Notes: generated from the letters alone by a model not told the origin. Positions 39,749 through 49,964 are shown, counted from the first letter of the stretch. The stretch is DNA of 64,000 nt from Terriglobia bacterium (GCA_965198225.1 CBDAOY010000006.1:224001-288000), one strand, 5' to 3'. Numbers and translations are program-made.

Positions 39749-41704
39749 ATGAAGAAGACGCTGATTGGACTCATTGTCGGAGCTCTCATGGGCGGAAACA
39801 GCCTCGCTCAAATCCCGGAGCAAGAGCAACAGGCCGAGGCCTATTACCACTTCAGCAGGGCGATGGCGCTGGAGGGCAGCGGCCAGTGGGAGGCAGCCCT
39901 CGAAGAATACGAGAAGGCGTTGGCGATCGACCCGACCAACTCCATGATCTATTCCGAGATGGCGGCAGCCTACTTCCGCAGACGCCAGGTCGACCAGGCC
40001 ACTGAGTATGCCGAAAGAGCGATTCGCGCCGGCGCGGACAACCTCGATGCCCATCAGCTGCTGAGCACCATCTACTCGAATATGCTCGGGCAGGCGAGCG
40101 CCCGCGGCGTGCCACCCGAGATCGTCGACAAGGCGATCGAAGAGTTCGAGCACATCGTCCGCCTGGACCCGAACGGGCGCGACGCCTACCTGATGCTGGG
40201 GCGACTGTACCGTTTCAAGAACGACCCTGAGAGAGCGACCGAGGTCTACCGGGATTTTCTGAAAATCGCGCCGGGATCGGAGGAGGGAGCCATCTCGTTG
40301 GCGGAACTGCAGATCGGCGCCGGCAATGTCGAAGAGGCCGTCGAGATCCTGAAGAAGTTCAACGAGGAACAGCCGGGCTCACTGAACGTCCTGACAACGC
40401 TTGGTGACGCCTACGCACAGTTGGAGGAGTTTGACAGCGCCGCCGATGCCTATTCCGGGGCGCTCCTGCTCGACGAAGACAACATCGACTTGATGCGCGC
40501 ATTGGCCCAGGCTCTCTTCTTCGCGGACCGCTTCGAGGAGGCCGTCGAGCTTTACGAACGGCTGATCGTCGAAGATCCGGAGGACGCCCTCGCGTACCTG
40601 CGGATCGGGCAGATCCACCGGGATCAGATGAAGTACGACGAGGCGCGCGAGCACCTGGCAAAGGCGGCTCGATTGGTCCCGGACAGCACGGAGATCCGAT
40701 TCAACCTGGCCCTAGTGAACAGGGACAGCGGCCGTTTCGATGAGGCACTCTCTCAGGTTCGGGAACTTCTCAGGGAAACCGAACAGTCGCGCTATACGGA
40801 TGGGGAACGCCGCAACCGGCGGGTCTTCCTGACGCATGTCGCGATACTGAATTCGATGATGGAACGTTTCGACCGCGCCATCGAGGCGTTCGGCGAGATC
40901 AAGACGATCGAAAGGGATTCGGACGGGACCGTCGATTCCTACATCGTCGACATGTACCGCTCGGCTGATGAAGTGGATCGTGCCCTCGAACACAGCAACT
41001 CTGCGCTCGAGGACTATCCTGAGAACCGTCAACTCCTCATTCAGAACGCCGACCTCATTGCTCTCGAGGGGCATGTGGAGCAAGGCGTTGCGGCGCTTCG
41101 CGAAATGACGACCGACGACGAGGAGGACCTGCAGATCTTCTCCTCGATAATCAACATCTACCAGCGGGAAAAGGACTTCGAGGCGGCTCAGAGCGTGCTC
41201 GATGATGCGATGGAACAATTCGCGGACGACGAGCAGGCACACTTCCTCCAGGGTGCGATCTTCGAACAGCAGAAGAACTACGAGGAAGCTGAAGCGGCGT
41301 TCCGAAAGGCGTTGGAGATCGAGGCCGACGACCCTGCGGTGCTGAACTACCTCGGCTACATGCTGGCGGACAACGGCGTCAAGCTCGAAGAAGCGCTGGA
41401 GATGATCCAGAAAGCGGTTGAAGCCGATCCGATCAACGGCGCCTACCTGGACAGTCTCGGATGGGTCTATTACCGGCTCGACCGGATGGATCTGGCCGAA
41501 CAGTACTTGAAGAGGGCGCTGCTTTTCGCCCGCAGCGACCCGACGATCCACGAACACATGGGCGATCTTTACCTGAAGACCGATCGGATCGATGAAGCCC
41601 GTGCGGAATACGAAAAGTCTATCGAGCTGGCGGAAGACGAGCAAGAGAGCGACAAGGTTCAGAAGAAGTTGAACGATCTCGGTTCCCGAAACAACCCGAA
41701 CTGA
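39749..41704 (+). CDS. Tetratricopeptide repeat protein, secreted
   Basis: Signal peptide; TPR repeats; LNYLGYMLAD, YLDSLGWVYY, EHMGD. Confidence 0.9.
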   Translation: MKKTLIGLIVGALMGGNSLAQIPEQEQQAEAYYHFSRAMALEGSGQWEAALEEYEKALAIDPTNSMIYSEMAAAYFRRRQVDQATEYAERAIRAGADNLDAHQLLSTIYSNMLGQASARGVPPEIVDKAIEEFEHIVRLDPNGRDAYLMLGRLYRFKNDPERATEVYRDFLKIAPGSEEGAISLAELQIGAGNVEEAVEILKKFNEEQPGSLNVLTTLGDAYAQLEEFDSAADAYSGALLLDEDNIDLMRALAQALFFADRFEEAVELYERLIVEDPEDALAYLRIGQIHRDQMKYDEAREHLAKAARLVPDSTEIRFNLALVNRDSGRFDEALSQVRELLRETEQSRYTDGERRNRRVFLTHVAILNSMMERFDRAIEAFGEIKTIERDSDGTVDSYIVDMYRSADEVDRALEHSNSALEDYPENRQLLIQNADLIALEGHVEQGVAALREMTTDDEEDLQIFSSIINIYQREKDFEAAQSVLDDAMEQFADDEQAHFLQGAIFEQQKNYEEAEAAFRKALEIEADDPAVLNYLGYMLADNGVKLEEALEMIQKAVEADPINGAYLDSLGWVYYRLDRMDLAEQYLKRALLFARSDPTIHEHMGDLYLKTDRIDEARAEYEKSIELAEDEQESDKVQKKLNDLGSRNNPN

Positions 41705-41733
41705 GCCGCACCCGGCCTGATCACCCAGAAAAC

Positions 41734-42321
41734 GTGAACTCTTTGGCCCCCGACAGTGTCTTAAAAAACGACGAGAGGAAACCAGCCTCGTCTAAGACGG
41801 TCGGTTTCGAGGGCAATTTTGAGCTTGCCGCCACCGAACACCGCCCGTTCTTGATGCAGATCGCCGTCGCTTCGACCCGCAACGTCGACGACGCCGAGGA
41901 CATCGTCCAGGAAGCTCTGATGCGCGCTCACCGCGGCATCGGCAACTTCCGCGGTGACTGCCCGCTGCGCACATGGCTGGCGCGCATCGTGGTGCGTGTG
42001 TCGATCAATCACCGCCGCCGTTTCGTGCGCATGGTGAAGCGTTGGACGCTGTTCAGTGATCTGGAGCGCCGGGACTCGGAGGGCAAGACCAGTGCGTTCG
42101 ACGCCCCCGACCGGTCTAAGGACTTCGACCGGGAAGCCATGCTGGACGCGGGACGGCAAGTCGAAAAACTGCCCGATGAATTCCGCGTCCCTCTACTGAT
42201 GCTCGCGGTGAGGGGTATGACTATTCCCGAAATCGCAGCTGTCCTGGAAATACCGGAGGGAACGGTAAAGTCCAGGATCTTCTACGGGCGCAAGCGCCTC
42301 AAAGAGGCTTTGAAGCTATGA
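41734..42321 (+). CDS. ECF RNA polymerase sigma factor
   Basis: DAEDIVQEA, TWLARI, EIAAVLEIPEGTVKSRIFYGRKRL. Confidence 0.92.
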   Translation: MNSLAPDSVLKNDERKPASSKTVGFEGNFELAATEHRPFLMQIAVASTRNVDDAEDIVQEALMRAHRGIGNFRGDCPLRTWLARIVVRVSINHRRRFVRMVKRWTLFSDLERRDSEGKTSAFDAPDRSKDFDREAMLDAGRQVEKLPDEFRVPLLMLAVRGMTIPEIAAVLEIPEGTVKSRIFYGRKRLKEALKL

Positions 42322-43166
42322 ATGTCGACTGCCAATGGGTGGATTCCAACCTGGAGGCTGTACTTGCCGACCAGCTCGATCCGGATCAGAGGTCGGGTTT
42401 CGAAGCGCATCTGAGAGCCTGCGAGCACTGCCGGGGAGAAATCGAGGGCTATGCGAAGGTCGATCGACTGGTGGGCACGTACATGGACCAGCAGACCATC
42501 CGAGCGTATGCGGTCCCTCGACTGGGCTTCTCGAACTCAAAGCTGGCAGCCGCTGCGGTGGCCGCAGCCGCAGTGCTTGCGGTTGTGCTCTGGCAGCCTT
42601 CGGTAGCAGACCAGCCCGTCACCCAAGCGCCTCCGTTGGCCGAGGTGCCCGTGACCGACGCGTCAAACGCCGCGGTCGATATCGACAAGGCGGCCGATGC
42701 GCCCGGATCGGAAAGAGCAAAGCCCGGAGTGGATGCAGATGCAGCGGAAGGCGCTCCAGCCGCACCCGTGACCACCACGCCGGACCTCCCGGAATCGGCG
42801 GATCCCCGTTTCTACGTCACCGACACCGCGGGATATTCCTACTCGCTGGACGACTTCGCCGGTTCGGTGCTGGTCTTCGCCGTCTTCGATGAGTCTCACG
42901 GGGAAGCGGCGCGGTTCCAGGAGGTGTACGACTCCTACCCTCTGGCGGCGAACCTTCGTATCCTGGGCGTCTCGACCGTCGCGACTGCACGACCCCCGGG
43001 AATCACGTTTCCGATGATGACCAACCGCGGATCCTCGTTGCTGGACACGCCGGCCGGCGAGTTCGTCGTCGTCGGGACGGACGGCACGCCTCATCTCAGA
43101 GGCTCGCTGAGGGACGACGGACTGCTGGAAACGCTCGGTTCCGCCCTCCGAGAGCTCGGCCTGTAA
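42318..43166 (+). CDS. zf-HC2 anti-sigma factor with TM and C-terminal redoxin-like domain
   Basis: HLRACEHC, TM helix, low-complexity linker, FYVTDTAGYSYSLDDFAGSVLVF; ATGA overlap with sigma gene. Confidence 0.8.
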   Translation: MNVDCQWVDSNLEAVLADQLDPDQRSGFEAHLRACEHCRGEIEGYAKVDRLVGTYMDQQTIRAYAVPRLGFSNSKLAAAAVAAAAVLAVVLWQPSVADQPVTQAPPLAEVPVTDASNAAVDIDKAADAPGSERAKPGVDADAAEGAPAAPVTTTPDLPESADPRFYVTDTAGYSYSLDDFAGSVLVFAVFDESHGEAARFQEVYDSYPLAANLRILGVSTVATARPPGITFPMMTNRGSSLLDTPAGEFVVVGTDGTPHLRGSLRDDGLLETLGSALRELGL

Positions 43167-43229
43167 AGGGAGGAAACCGTCTCTCCCGAACTTTTCTGCT
43201 TGAACCAACACCCAGAGGTCCGTGTACGG

Positions 43230-43387
43230 ATCGCAAATTGCGGTATTTGAACAATCCCCATTGCAGGTTGCTGATTGGAAATTGCTTCATTTCAAATCTT
43301 TCTGCTCGAAGTTCCGAGCGATAACAAATCGAGCAATTTCGAATCTCCAATTTCCAATGCGGATTTGTCCACTAACCAATTTGCGAT
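43230..43387. repeat. AT-rich foldback
   Basis: atcgcaaattg ... caatttgcgat with inner ttggaaattg / caatttccaa arms. Confidence 0.6.
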
Positions 43388-43453
43388 AGATCGGTTTGAT
43401 CCCTGACGAAAGAAAGGTCCGGTCGATTTCCGCCAGCGTAACGAAACGCGCGG

Positions 43454-43499
43454 GAGCCACTGTGAGGGGGACAGGGGCCTGGCCCTGTCCCCGGGTGTT
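43454..43499 (+). repeat. 46-bp hairpin repeat
   Basis: Copy of 26102-26147. Confidence 0.8.
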
Positions 43500-43536
43500 G
43501 GCTCAAGCTGAAGAGTCCGTGAGTGAGGAATCCCTC

Positions 43537-44772
43537 CTACCTTTCCAGACGTACCAGGTCCTCGTAAGTCTCCCGTTTTCTAACGACGGTAAACGTGTCG
43601 CCGTCAACGAGTACTTCCGCGGCTCTCGGGCGGGAATTGTAGTTGGACGACAGGCTGAAGCCGTAAGCTCCGGCGCTCATCACGGCGAGCAGGTCGTCGG
43701 CCTCGAGCCGCTCCATCTCCCGTTCCTGGGCGATGAAGTCTGATGACTCACAGATCGGACCGACGACATCGACGACCTCGCGGTCGGCTCGCCGACGAAC
43801 GGGCTGCAGCTGGTGGAACGATCTGTAGAGAGCGGGGCGGATCAGATCGTTCATGCCGGCGTCGACGACCGCGAACTGCTTGCCACCCTGCTGTTTCTTC
43901 AGAAGCACGCGACACAGCAGGATGCCGGCGTTGCCCACGATCACGCGCCCCGGTTCCAGCACCAGAGTCAGTCCGAGTTTCCCGGCCGAGCGGATCACAG
44001 TCTGTGCGTACTCATGCGGTGACGGCGGCTCTTCGCCGGCGTAGGGGATCCCCAATCCACCACCGAAATCGAGATACTTCAGCTCGAAGCCGTCATCGAG
44101 CAGCCTGGCGGTGAAGCGGGTGACGCTGGCGAGGGCATCCTCGAACGGCGTCAGTTCAGTGATCTGAGACCCGATGTGGCACCCGACGCCGGCAACCTCG
44201 ATGTCGGGAAGCCCTCGGGCATACCGGTACAACTCTTGCGCTTCCGACAGGGCGATCCCGAACTTGTGCTGTTGAAGTCCGGTCGAGATGTAGGGATGGG
44301 TGCGCGCATCGACATCGGGATTGGTCCGAAACACGACGGGCGCTCGCCGACCCGTCTCGGCGGCGACACTGGCGATCAGATCGAGCTCGGCTGACGACTC
44401 GACGCTCAGGAACAGAATCTCGGCCTCCAGCGCATACCGGATCTCGTCGCGTCTCTTGCCGACCCCCGAAAAGATGACGCGGTCAGCCGGCGCTCCGGCC
44501 TGGATGACCCGATAGAGCTCCCCGCCCGACACGGCTTCGAAGCTGACGCCCCAGTCCAGGAATCGCTTCAAAAGGGTCAGGTTCGAATTGGCCTTGACCG
44601 CGTAGCAGATCAGGTGGGGTGCGGCGCTGAACGCCTCCTCAAACACGCGTATATGCCGGGCCAGCGTTCGTTGACTGTAGACATACACCGGAGTCCCGAC
44701 TTCCTGTGCGATCCGGGCGAGGGGAACTTCCTCACAGCAGAGCTCGTCGTTCCTGTAATCGAAGTAGTGCAT
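43537..44772 (-). CDS. lysA: Diaminopimelate decarboxylase
   Basis: YAVKANSN, HPYISTG, HIGSQI, GGGLGI, EPGR, GPICESSD, SSNYNSRPRAAEV. Confidence 0.96.
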   Translation of the reverse strand: MHYFDYRNDELCCEEVPLARIAQEVGTPVYVYSQRTLARHIRVFEEAFSAAPHLICYAVKANSNLTLLKRFLDWGVSFEAVSGGELYRVIQAGAPADRVIFSGVGKRRDEIRYALEAEILFLSVESSAELDLIASVAAETGRRAPVVFRTNPDVDARTHPYISTGLQQHKFGIALSEAQELYRYARGLPDIEVAGVGCHIGSQITELTPFEDALASVTRFTARLLDDGFELKYLDFGGGLGIPYAGEEPPSPHEYAQTVIRSAGKLGLTLVLEPGRVIVGNAGILLCRVLLKKQQGGKQFAVVDAGMNDLIRPALYRSFHQLQPVRRRADREVVDVVGPICESSDFIAQEREMERLEADDLLAVMSAGAYGFSLSSNYNSRPRAAEVLVDGDTFTVVRKRETYEDLVRLER

Positions 44773-44871
44773 CCCTGTCGCCGGTTGATCGGCATCGATT
44801 ATATACGCAAGCAGCCACCGATCCGGAGCTAGTAGCCCCTGGTCGAAGGACGAAAAGACTCGCACACCGGA

Positions 44872-45146
44872 CTAGTGACCTGCAACAGTGCTATCGGTAC
44901 CAGCGTTCGGCTGAACGGCGTCGGATTCTAGGAGTGACCCCCGAGCCAATGCTGTTTCATTGCGAGGGCGTTACGACACCGAAGACGGCGCCGTTCCGCC
45001 GAACCCTTCGGGCCGATGGGGGTTGCGGGCGATCTCTTTGTCGGAAGCCGTCACCGATGAAAGAGCATCGCTTTCCGTCTCCCTCCTCGACCTCGCCCGC
45101 AAGACCCATCGGCGATGGTGCCGATAGCACTGTTACAGGCCACTAG
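44872..45146 (+). mobile_element. MITE-like 275-bp foldback element, type-B ends (left copy)
   Basis: CTAG-TGACCTGCAACAGTGCTATCGG ... CCGATAGCACTGTTACAGGCCA-CTAG. Confidence 0.88.
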
Positions 45147-45181
45147 ATGTATCATGGTGCATATCTGGGGGGAGGTTCTGG

Positions 45182-46711
45182 ATGATTCTTGGCAAACGGT
45201 GCGGGCGCTTGCTCCTTCTAACAATGCTGCTTGCCCTCGTTCTATCCGGGGCGGGTTCCGAAGCGATCGCCCTCACCGGCGCGACGGCCATGGCGCAGAC
45301 GGTTTCCGACGATGCAGGGGAAGCTCCCGCGGAGCCCGTGGGAGGCGGACACGTAGATCCCTTCGCTTTCATCATGCTCGAATTCGGACTGCTTATCGCC
45401 TTTGCGATGGGCGGCCGGTGGGTCGCCGGGCGATTGAATCAGGCTCCGGTCCTCGGCGAATTGCTGACCGGCGTCGTCGTCGGAAACGTCGGCTACTGGC
45501 TCGGCATACCCCTGTTCATCCTCGTCATGAACCTCGGTAGCGCCGGAGACTTGTTCGAACAGGTATGGGCTACAGGTCAATCGATCGCCGAAGCGGCTCC
45601 TCAGGTGTTTTCCGAAACAGAAATGGCCCTCGGCGGTAGGGGTCAGGAACTCATGGGCATTCTCAGCGGCTCCGAAGGAGGCAACCTGGTCCTGATGGGA
45701 ACCGCCTTGTGGATCTTCTCGAGCCTCGGCGTGATCATACTGCTGTTCTGTGTCGGCCTGGAATCGAGTGTCGCGGAAATGCTGCAAGTGGGACCGCGTG
45801 CGTTGATGGTCGCGACGTTGGGCATCATCGGCCCCTTTTTCCTGGGACTACTCGCAAGCACCTGGTTGCTTCCCGACGCCGGCATGCCGACCCACCTGTT
45901 CCTCGCGGCGACGTTGTGCGCCACCAGCGTCGGCATCACTGCGAGGGTTTTCAAGGATCTGAACAAGCTTCAAACGGGCGAAGCGAAGGTCATCCTGGGA
46001 GCAGCCGTGATCGACGACGTGCTGGGGCTGATCATTCTCGCCGTCGTCGTCGGCATAGTCGCGACCGGTCAATTCGATCCGTCGGCCCTCACGAGGATCA
46101 CGACACTCTCCCTCTTATTCCTGGGTTCGGTGATCTTCTTCGGCGAAAGGCTGATGCGACGCCTGGTCCGCGGGGTAAAGTACCTCGACCGGCCCCACGG
46201 CAAGCTCCTTTTCCCTCTCGTCGTCGCCTTCCTGATGTCCTGGCTCGCCAACATGATCGAACTCGCGGCCATCGTCGGCGCTTTTGCTGCCGGGCTTATC
46301 CTCAGCGACGAACACTTTGGGGACGAGTGGAATCCCTCCGCCCCATCGATGCAGGAGCTGATCGGACCCCTCGAAGCGATCTTCGCTCCAATCTTTTTCG
46401 TGATGATGGGTATGCAGGTCAACCTGGAGTCCTTCCTCGATACGAGCACACTGGTGCTGGCTTTCGTCCTGACCGTGGCCGCGGTCGTCGGAAAGGCCAT
46501 TGCGGGAACCGTGGCGGGGGCAAAGATGGACCGACTCTCGATCGGGCTCGGCATGGTCCCGAGAGGCGAAGTCGGGCTCATTTTCGCGAGCATCGGGAAG
46601 GGTCTCGGCGTCGTGACGGACCACGTGTTCTCGGCCCTGGTCGTCATGGTCATCGTAACGACGCTGATCACGCCGCCGGCATTGAGATGGTCCCTGTTCC
46701 GGGAGCGCTAG
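45182..46711 (+). CDS. Cation:proton antiporter (CPA2, NapA-like)
   Basis: LLF.VGLE, ATSVGITARV, GAAVIDDVLG, IVGAFAAG, GMVPRGEVG. Confidence 0.92.
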   Translation: MILGKRCGRLLLLTMLLALVLSGAGSEAIALTGATAMAQTVSDDAGEAPAEPVGGGHVDPFAFIMLEFGLLIAFAMGGRWVAGRLNQAPVLGELLTGVVVGNVGYWLGIPLFILVMNLGSAGDLFEQVWATGQSIAEAAPQVFSETEMALGGRGQELMGILSGSEGGNLVLMGTALWIFSSLGVIILLFCVGLESSVAEMLQVGPRALMVATLGIIGPFFLGLLASTWLLPDAGMPTHLFLAATLCATSVGITARVFKDLNKLQTGEAKVILGAAVIDDVLGLIILAVVVGIVATGQFDPSALTRITTLSLLFLGSVIFFGERLMRRLVRGVKYLDRPHGKLLFPLVVAFLMSWLANMIELAAIVGAFAAGLILSDEHFGDEWNPSAPSMQELIGPLEAIFAPIFFVMMGMQVNLESFLDTSTLVLAFVLTVAAVVGKAIAGTVAGAKMDRLSIGLGMVPRGEVGLIFASIGKGLGVVTDHVFSALVVMVIVTTLITPPALRWSLFRER

Positions 46712-46982
46712 TGACCTGTAACGGTGCTATCGGTACCAGCGTTCGGCGGAACGGCGTCGGATTCTAGGAGTGACGCTCGAGCCAATGCTGTTTCATTGCG
46801 AGGGCGTTACGACACCGAAGACGGCGCCGTTCCGCCGAACCCTTCGGGCCGATGGGGGTTGCGGGCGATCTCTTTGTCGGAAGCCGTCACCGATGAATGA
46901 GCATCGCTTTCCGTCTCCCTCCTCGACCTCGCCCGCAAGACCCATCGGCGATGGTACCGATAGCACTGCTACAGGCCACTGA
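46708..46982 (+). mobile_element. MITE-like 275-bp foldback element, type-B ends (right copy)
   Basis: Direct repeat of 44872-45146 with about ten mismatches by eye; its CTAG contains the antiporter stop. Confidence 0.88.
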
Positions 46983-47392
46983 GGCCTCGCATACCTGGAA
47001 GTCGATCCCAGTGAATCGAAAATTGCGCAGCTCTTGTTCAGGTTAGTCGACAGTGGCTCTCCGAAAAGAATCGTTACGTTTGGTCCACGGCGTTGTTCAG
47101 AATTTTTTTCGGTTTGCGTTGGCGCACCGTGAGGTCGGTTCACCACCGGATGCTTCGATCGGGTTCTTTGCCACTCGGCAGGAGATTGCAGCCGCCTGAT
47201 TCGCAGTGACCTCTCCACCCGAGCTGCATTCCGATTCAGTCAGACTGACAATGCCAGTTTCGAGCAGGTACTGGACAGGATCCTTGCGCACCCGACGGTT
47301 TGGCAAAAGAAGTTCAGCCAACTCCTTTCACCGTGTAGCATAAAGCGAAACGGGACCACGAACTCTCTTCGAGCGAGGGAGACCTCCGGAGC

Positions 47393-48466
47393 ATGGAATC
47401 CATGGGCAACGACAACCCACCCCCGAGTAGGACAGCCCGAATGTTCAAGGCTGTCGGGTATGCCACAGCGCTGCTGACACTGGCCTTCGGCGTGTCGCGT
47501 GTCTGGATCGCGGTCGCCGACTATGGCGAGCGGCAGCGGCAGGTCGAGGAACTACTGGCGACGGCGGAGGTGCAACTGATCGGCGCGGACTATCCGGACG
47601 CCTGGGAGAGCGTGAGCGCGGCCGACGCCATCCAACCGTCCGACCGCGTGCGCATGCGGCTCGAAGACGTGGCGATGGTCTGGCTTCGTGACCTGCGCGT
47701 GCCATCGGGCCAAACCTTCAGCGATGTCGTTTCCCCCCTGCTGCCGGTCGTCACGCGCGGCGTCGCCGAAAGCGAGGGGTCGCGGCAAGCTGACCTGCTG
47801 GCCCACGTGGGCTGGGCGGACTTTCAGCGCTCGCGCGACGGATTCGATTCAGACTTCGAGCGCTACTATGAGGAAGCACTCGCCATCGACCCCGGGAACC
47901 CTTTCGCCAACGCCTTCTTCGGTCACTGGATTCTCTGGCGCCACGGTTCCGCAGCCGAAGCGACGGCATACTTTGCCGCGGGCCTGGAAAGCCGTCGGGA
48001 GCAGAGCTTCATCCGGCGGCTACAGTTGGCGGGACTCACGAACGTCGGCTCGATCGAAAACGGCGTCGAGCTGGTGCGCATGGCCCTCGAGATAGCTCGC
48101 AGCGACGAATCGCCACCGGACGGTTTCGCGGAACGATCGTGGTCTTCCGTTTATCGCCGTGCCTGGAGCAACCGCCTCGAGCTGGTGCAGCAGTCGGTCC
48201 TGGATGCTGTGGCGCCCCAGGATCACGTCGCCGTTTTCGAGCGCTTCTTCGGACCCGACAGCGCCGCGTACCGTGTAAACCGGTGGGAGCGGGACCTGTG
48301 GCTCGCACATATCCTCGAGCGCGGCGGAGAAGCAGGGCGAGCGGCAACGCTATTGGGCCAGACACCGCGCACCGATGGGTCCGGGGCCGCCCTCAATTCA
48401 GCCTATCTCGAGCAGATCGACGCCGCGATGGCCCGGCTTTCCGGTGGCGTCGGAGCCATACGCTGA
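47393..48466 (+). CDS. Membrane-anchored helical-repeat (TPR-like) hypothetical protein
   Basis: 357-aa ORF, N-terminal TM, YYEEALAIDPGNPFAN TPR-like motif. Confidence 0.7.
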   Translation: MESMGNDNPPPSRTARMFKAVGYATALLTLAFGVSRVWIAVADYGERQRQVEELLATAEVQLIGADYPDAWESVSAADAIQPSDRVRMRLEDVAMVWLRDLRVPSGQTFSDVVSPLLPVVTRGVAESEGSRQADLLAHVGWADFQRSRDGFDSDFERYYEEALAIDPGNPFANAFFGHWILWRHGSAAEATAYFAAGLESRREQSFIRRLQLAGLTNVGSIENGVELVRMALEIARSDESPPDGFAERSWSSVYRRAWSNRLELVQQSVLDAVAPQDHVAVFERFFGPDSAAYRVNRWERDLWLAHILERGGEAGRAATLLGQTPRTDGSGAALNSAYLEQIDAAMARLSGGVGAIR

Positions 48467-48570
48467 CCTTGGCCGGTTTGACGCCGCTGTCGCCCTGTCG
48501 ATAGCTGGGGGGGTCGGTTGCCGGCTCCTGCCGCGTCGAAATATCTCTCGACGCAGTCTTCAAAATGTTT

Positions 48571-48765
48571 GCCAACGCTGACATGGGGCCAAGTTCTGCC
48601 AGCCGGAAGAGTCGGCCGAGGGCCTTTTGCAGGCCGCCATGCGGCAGATGAACCTGTCGGCGCGTGGCTCCCACTGGATACTCAAGGTCGCCCGGACCAT
48701 CGCCGACTTCCGGCGAGCGCGACATCGGCCTCCCCCACGTCGCCGAGGCCCTCCAGTACCGCTCC
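48571..48765 (+). pseudogene. comM: 3' remnant of ComM/YifB Mg-chelatase-like ATPase
   Basis: ANADMG/KFCQPEESAEGLLQAAMRQMNLSARGSHWILKVARTIAD/DIGLPHVAEALQYRS across small indels. Confidence 0.8.
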
Positions 48766-48877
48766 ACCGGATTCAGCCAAGGGGCTGCTCGCACAGTTTG
48801 GAGGAACGGATTCGGGGGTGTATCCTCGGTGATCAGCCACGCAAACGTTTGCCAACATTCTGTTGCAGGAGGGGGCC

Positions 48878-49945
48878 ATGACCACCAGGAGAGTCTCGTC
48901 TCGCGTGAAGAAGAAGAGTACCGCCCGTAGGCAGACCACCAAGAAAGCACCGCCTCCGGCCAAAAAGAAGCCCGCGATCCCCGATGGGGCGGCATTGAGT
49001 ACGTCACGCGCGTTCGGCCTGCCAATGCTCAAGACCATACAGAGCCTTCAACTGCACACCGAGTGGGTCTCCCAGGACGGCACCGCCGCGGTGAAGAAGG
49101 CGTTGAAGGGCAGCGGGTTTGAGCTGGTTGGCTCGCTCATAAAAGGTCCCAAATTGAGCGGGTCCCAGGGCTACGTGGTGGCCGACGACAAGAACCTGGT
49201 CGTGGCCTTCCGGGGCACCAAGACAGTCGACTTCGACGACCCAGACACTCTGGATGTCGAAGCAGGGATGGACATGGTCTCGAACGTGATCACGGACGCG
49301 ATCGCATTCCAGGAAAAGATGGACTTCGTGGACCCGAAGGCGCGATACGCAAAGCAGTATCGCAAAATCAAGATTCATAGAGGGTTTCACAGGGAGTACG
49401 GGCGACTCCAAGACGCCGTCCTGAAGCGAGTGAACGCGAAGGAGCACCGCAAGAAGACCGTGTACGTGACGGGGCACAGTTTGGGAGGGACGCTGGCTCT
49501 GCTTGCGGCATTCGATATCGCCACCCGCACGAAACGCACAGTGCACCTGTACGTGAGCGGCTGCGCGCGCGTGGGCGGGAAGGACTTCCGTAAGGCGCTG
49601 GAAAAGGTGGTCCCGAATACCTGTCGGTTGACGGTGAACAAGGACCCGGTGCCGCGCGTGCCGCCTGGTTGGGCGTACGACTACACGCACGCCGGACGGC
49701 TCGTCCAGCTGTATCCGAACGGCGTGCAGGTGCCGCTGAACAAGATCAACGGCAAGCTCAACATAAAGCTGCGCTCATGGGAACTAGACCTGTTGAAGAT
49801 CAAGTCTGAATTCAAGTATCACGGCCGCGACGTATACAAAAAGGCCATCGACGCGCTGGTGAAGAAGGGAGCGGACAAGACTTACTTCACGACCAAGGGG
49901 GTGTCGCCAAGCAAGGCGGCGAACCGAGAGCGAGCCACCACCTAG
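48878..49945 (+). CDS. Lipase class 3 family protein with basic N-terminal tail
   Basis: VVAFRGT, IHRGF, VTGHSLGG, DPVPRVP, Y.HAG; GGAGG SD. Confidence 0.88.
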   Translation: MTTRRVSSRVKKKSTARRQTTKKAPPPAKKKPAIPDGAALSTSRAFGLPMLKTIQSLQLHTEWVSQDGTAAVKKALKGSGFELVGSLIKGPKLSGSQGYVVADDKNLVVAFRGTKTVDFDDPDTLDVEAGMDMVSNVITDAIAFQEKMDFVDPKARYAKQYRKIKIHRGFHREYGRLQDAVLKRVNAKEHRKKTVYVTGHSLGGTLALLAAFDIATRTKRTVHLYVSGCARVGGKDFRKALEKVVPNTCRLTVNKDPVPRVPPGWAYDYTHAGRLVQLYPNGVQVPLNKINGKLNIKLRSWELDLLKIKSEFKYHGRDVYKKAIDALVKKGADKTYFTTKGVSPSKAANRERATT

Positions 49946-49964
49946 CTGGGAGTGGGAGGCGAAC

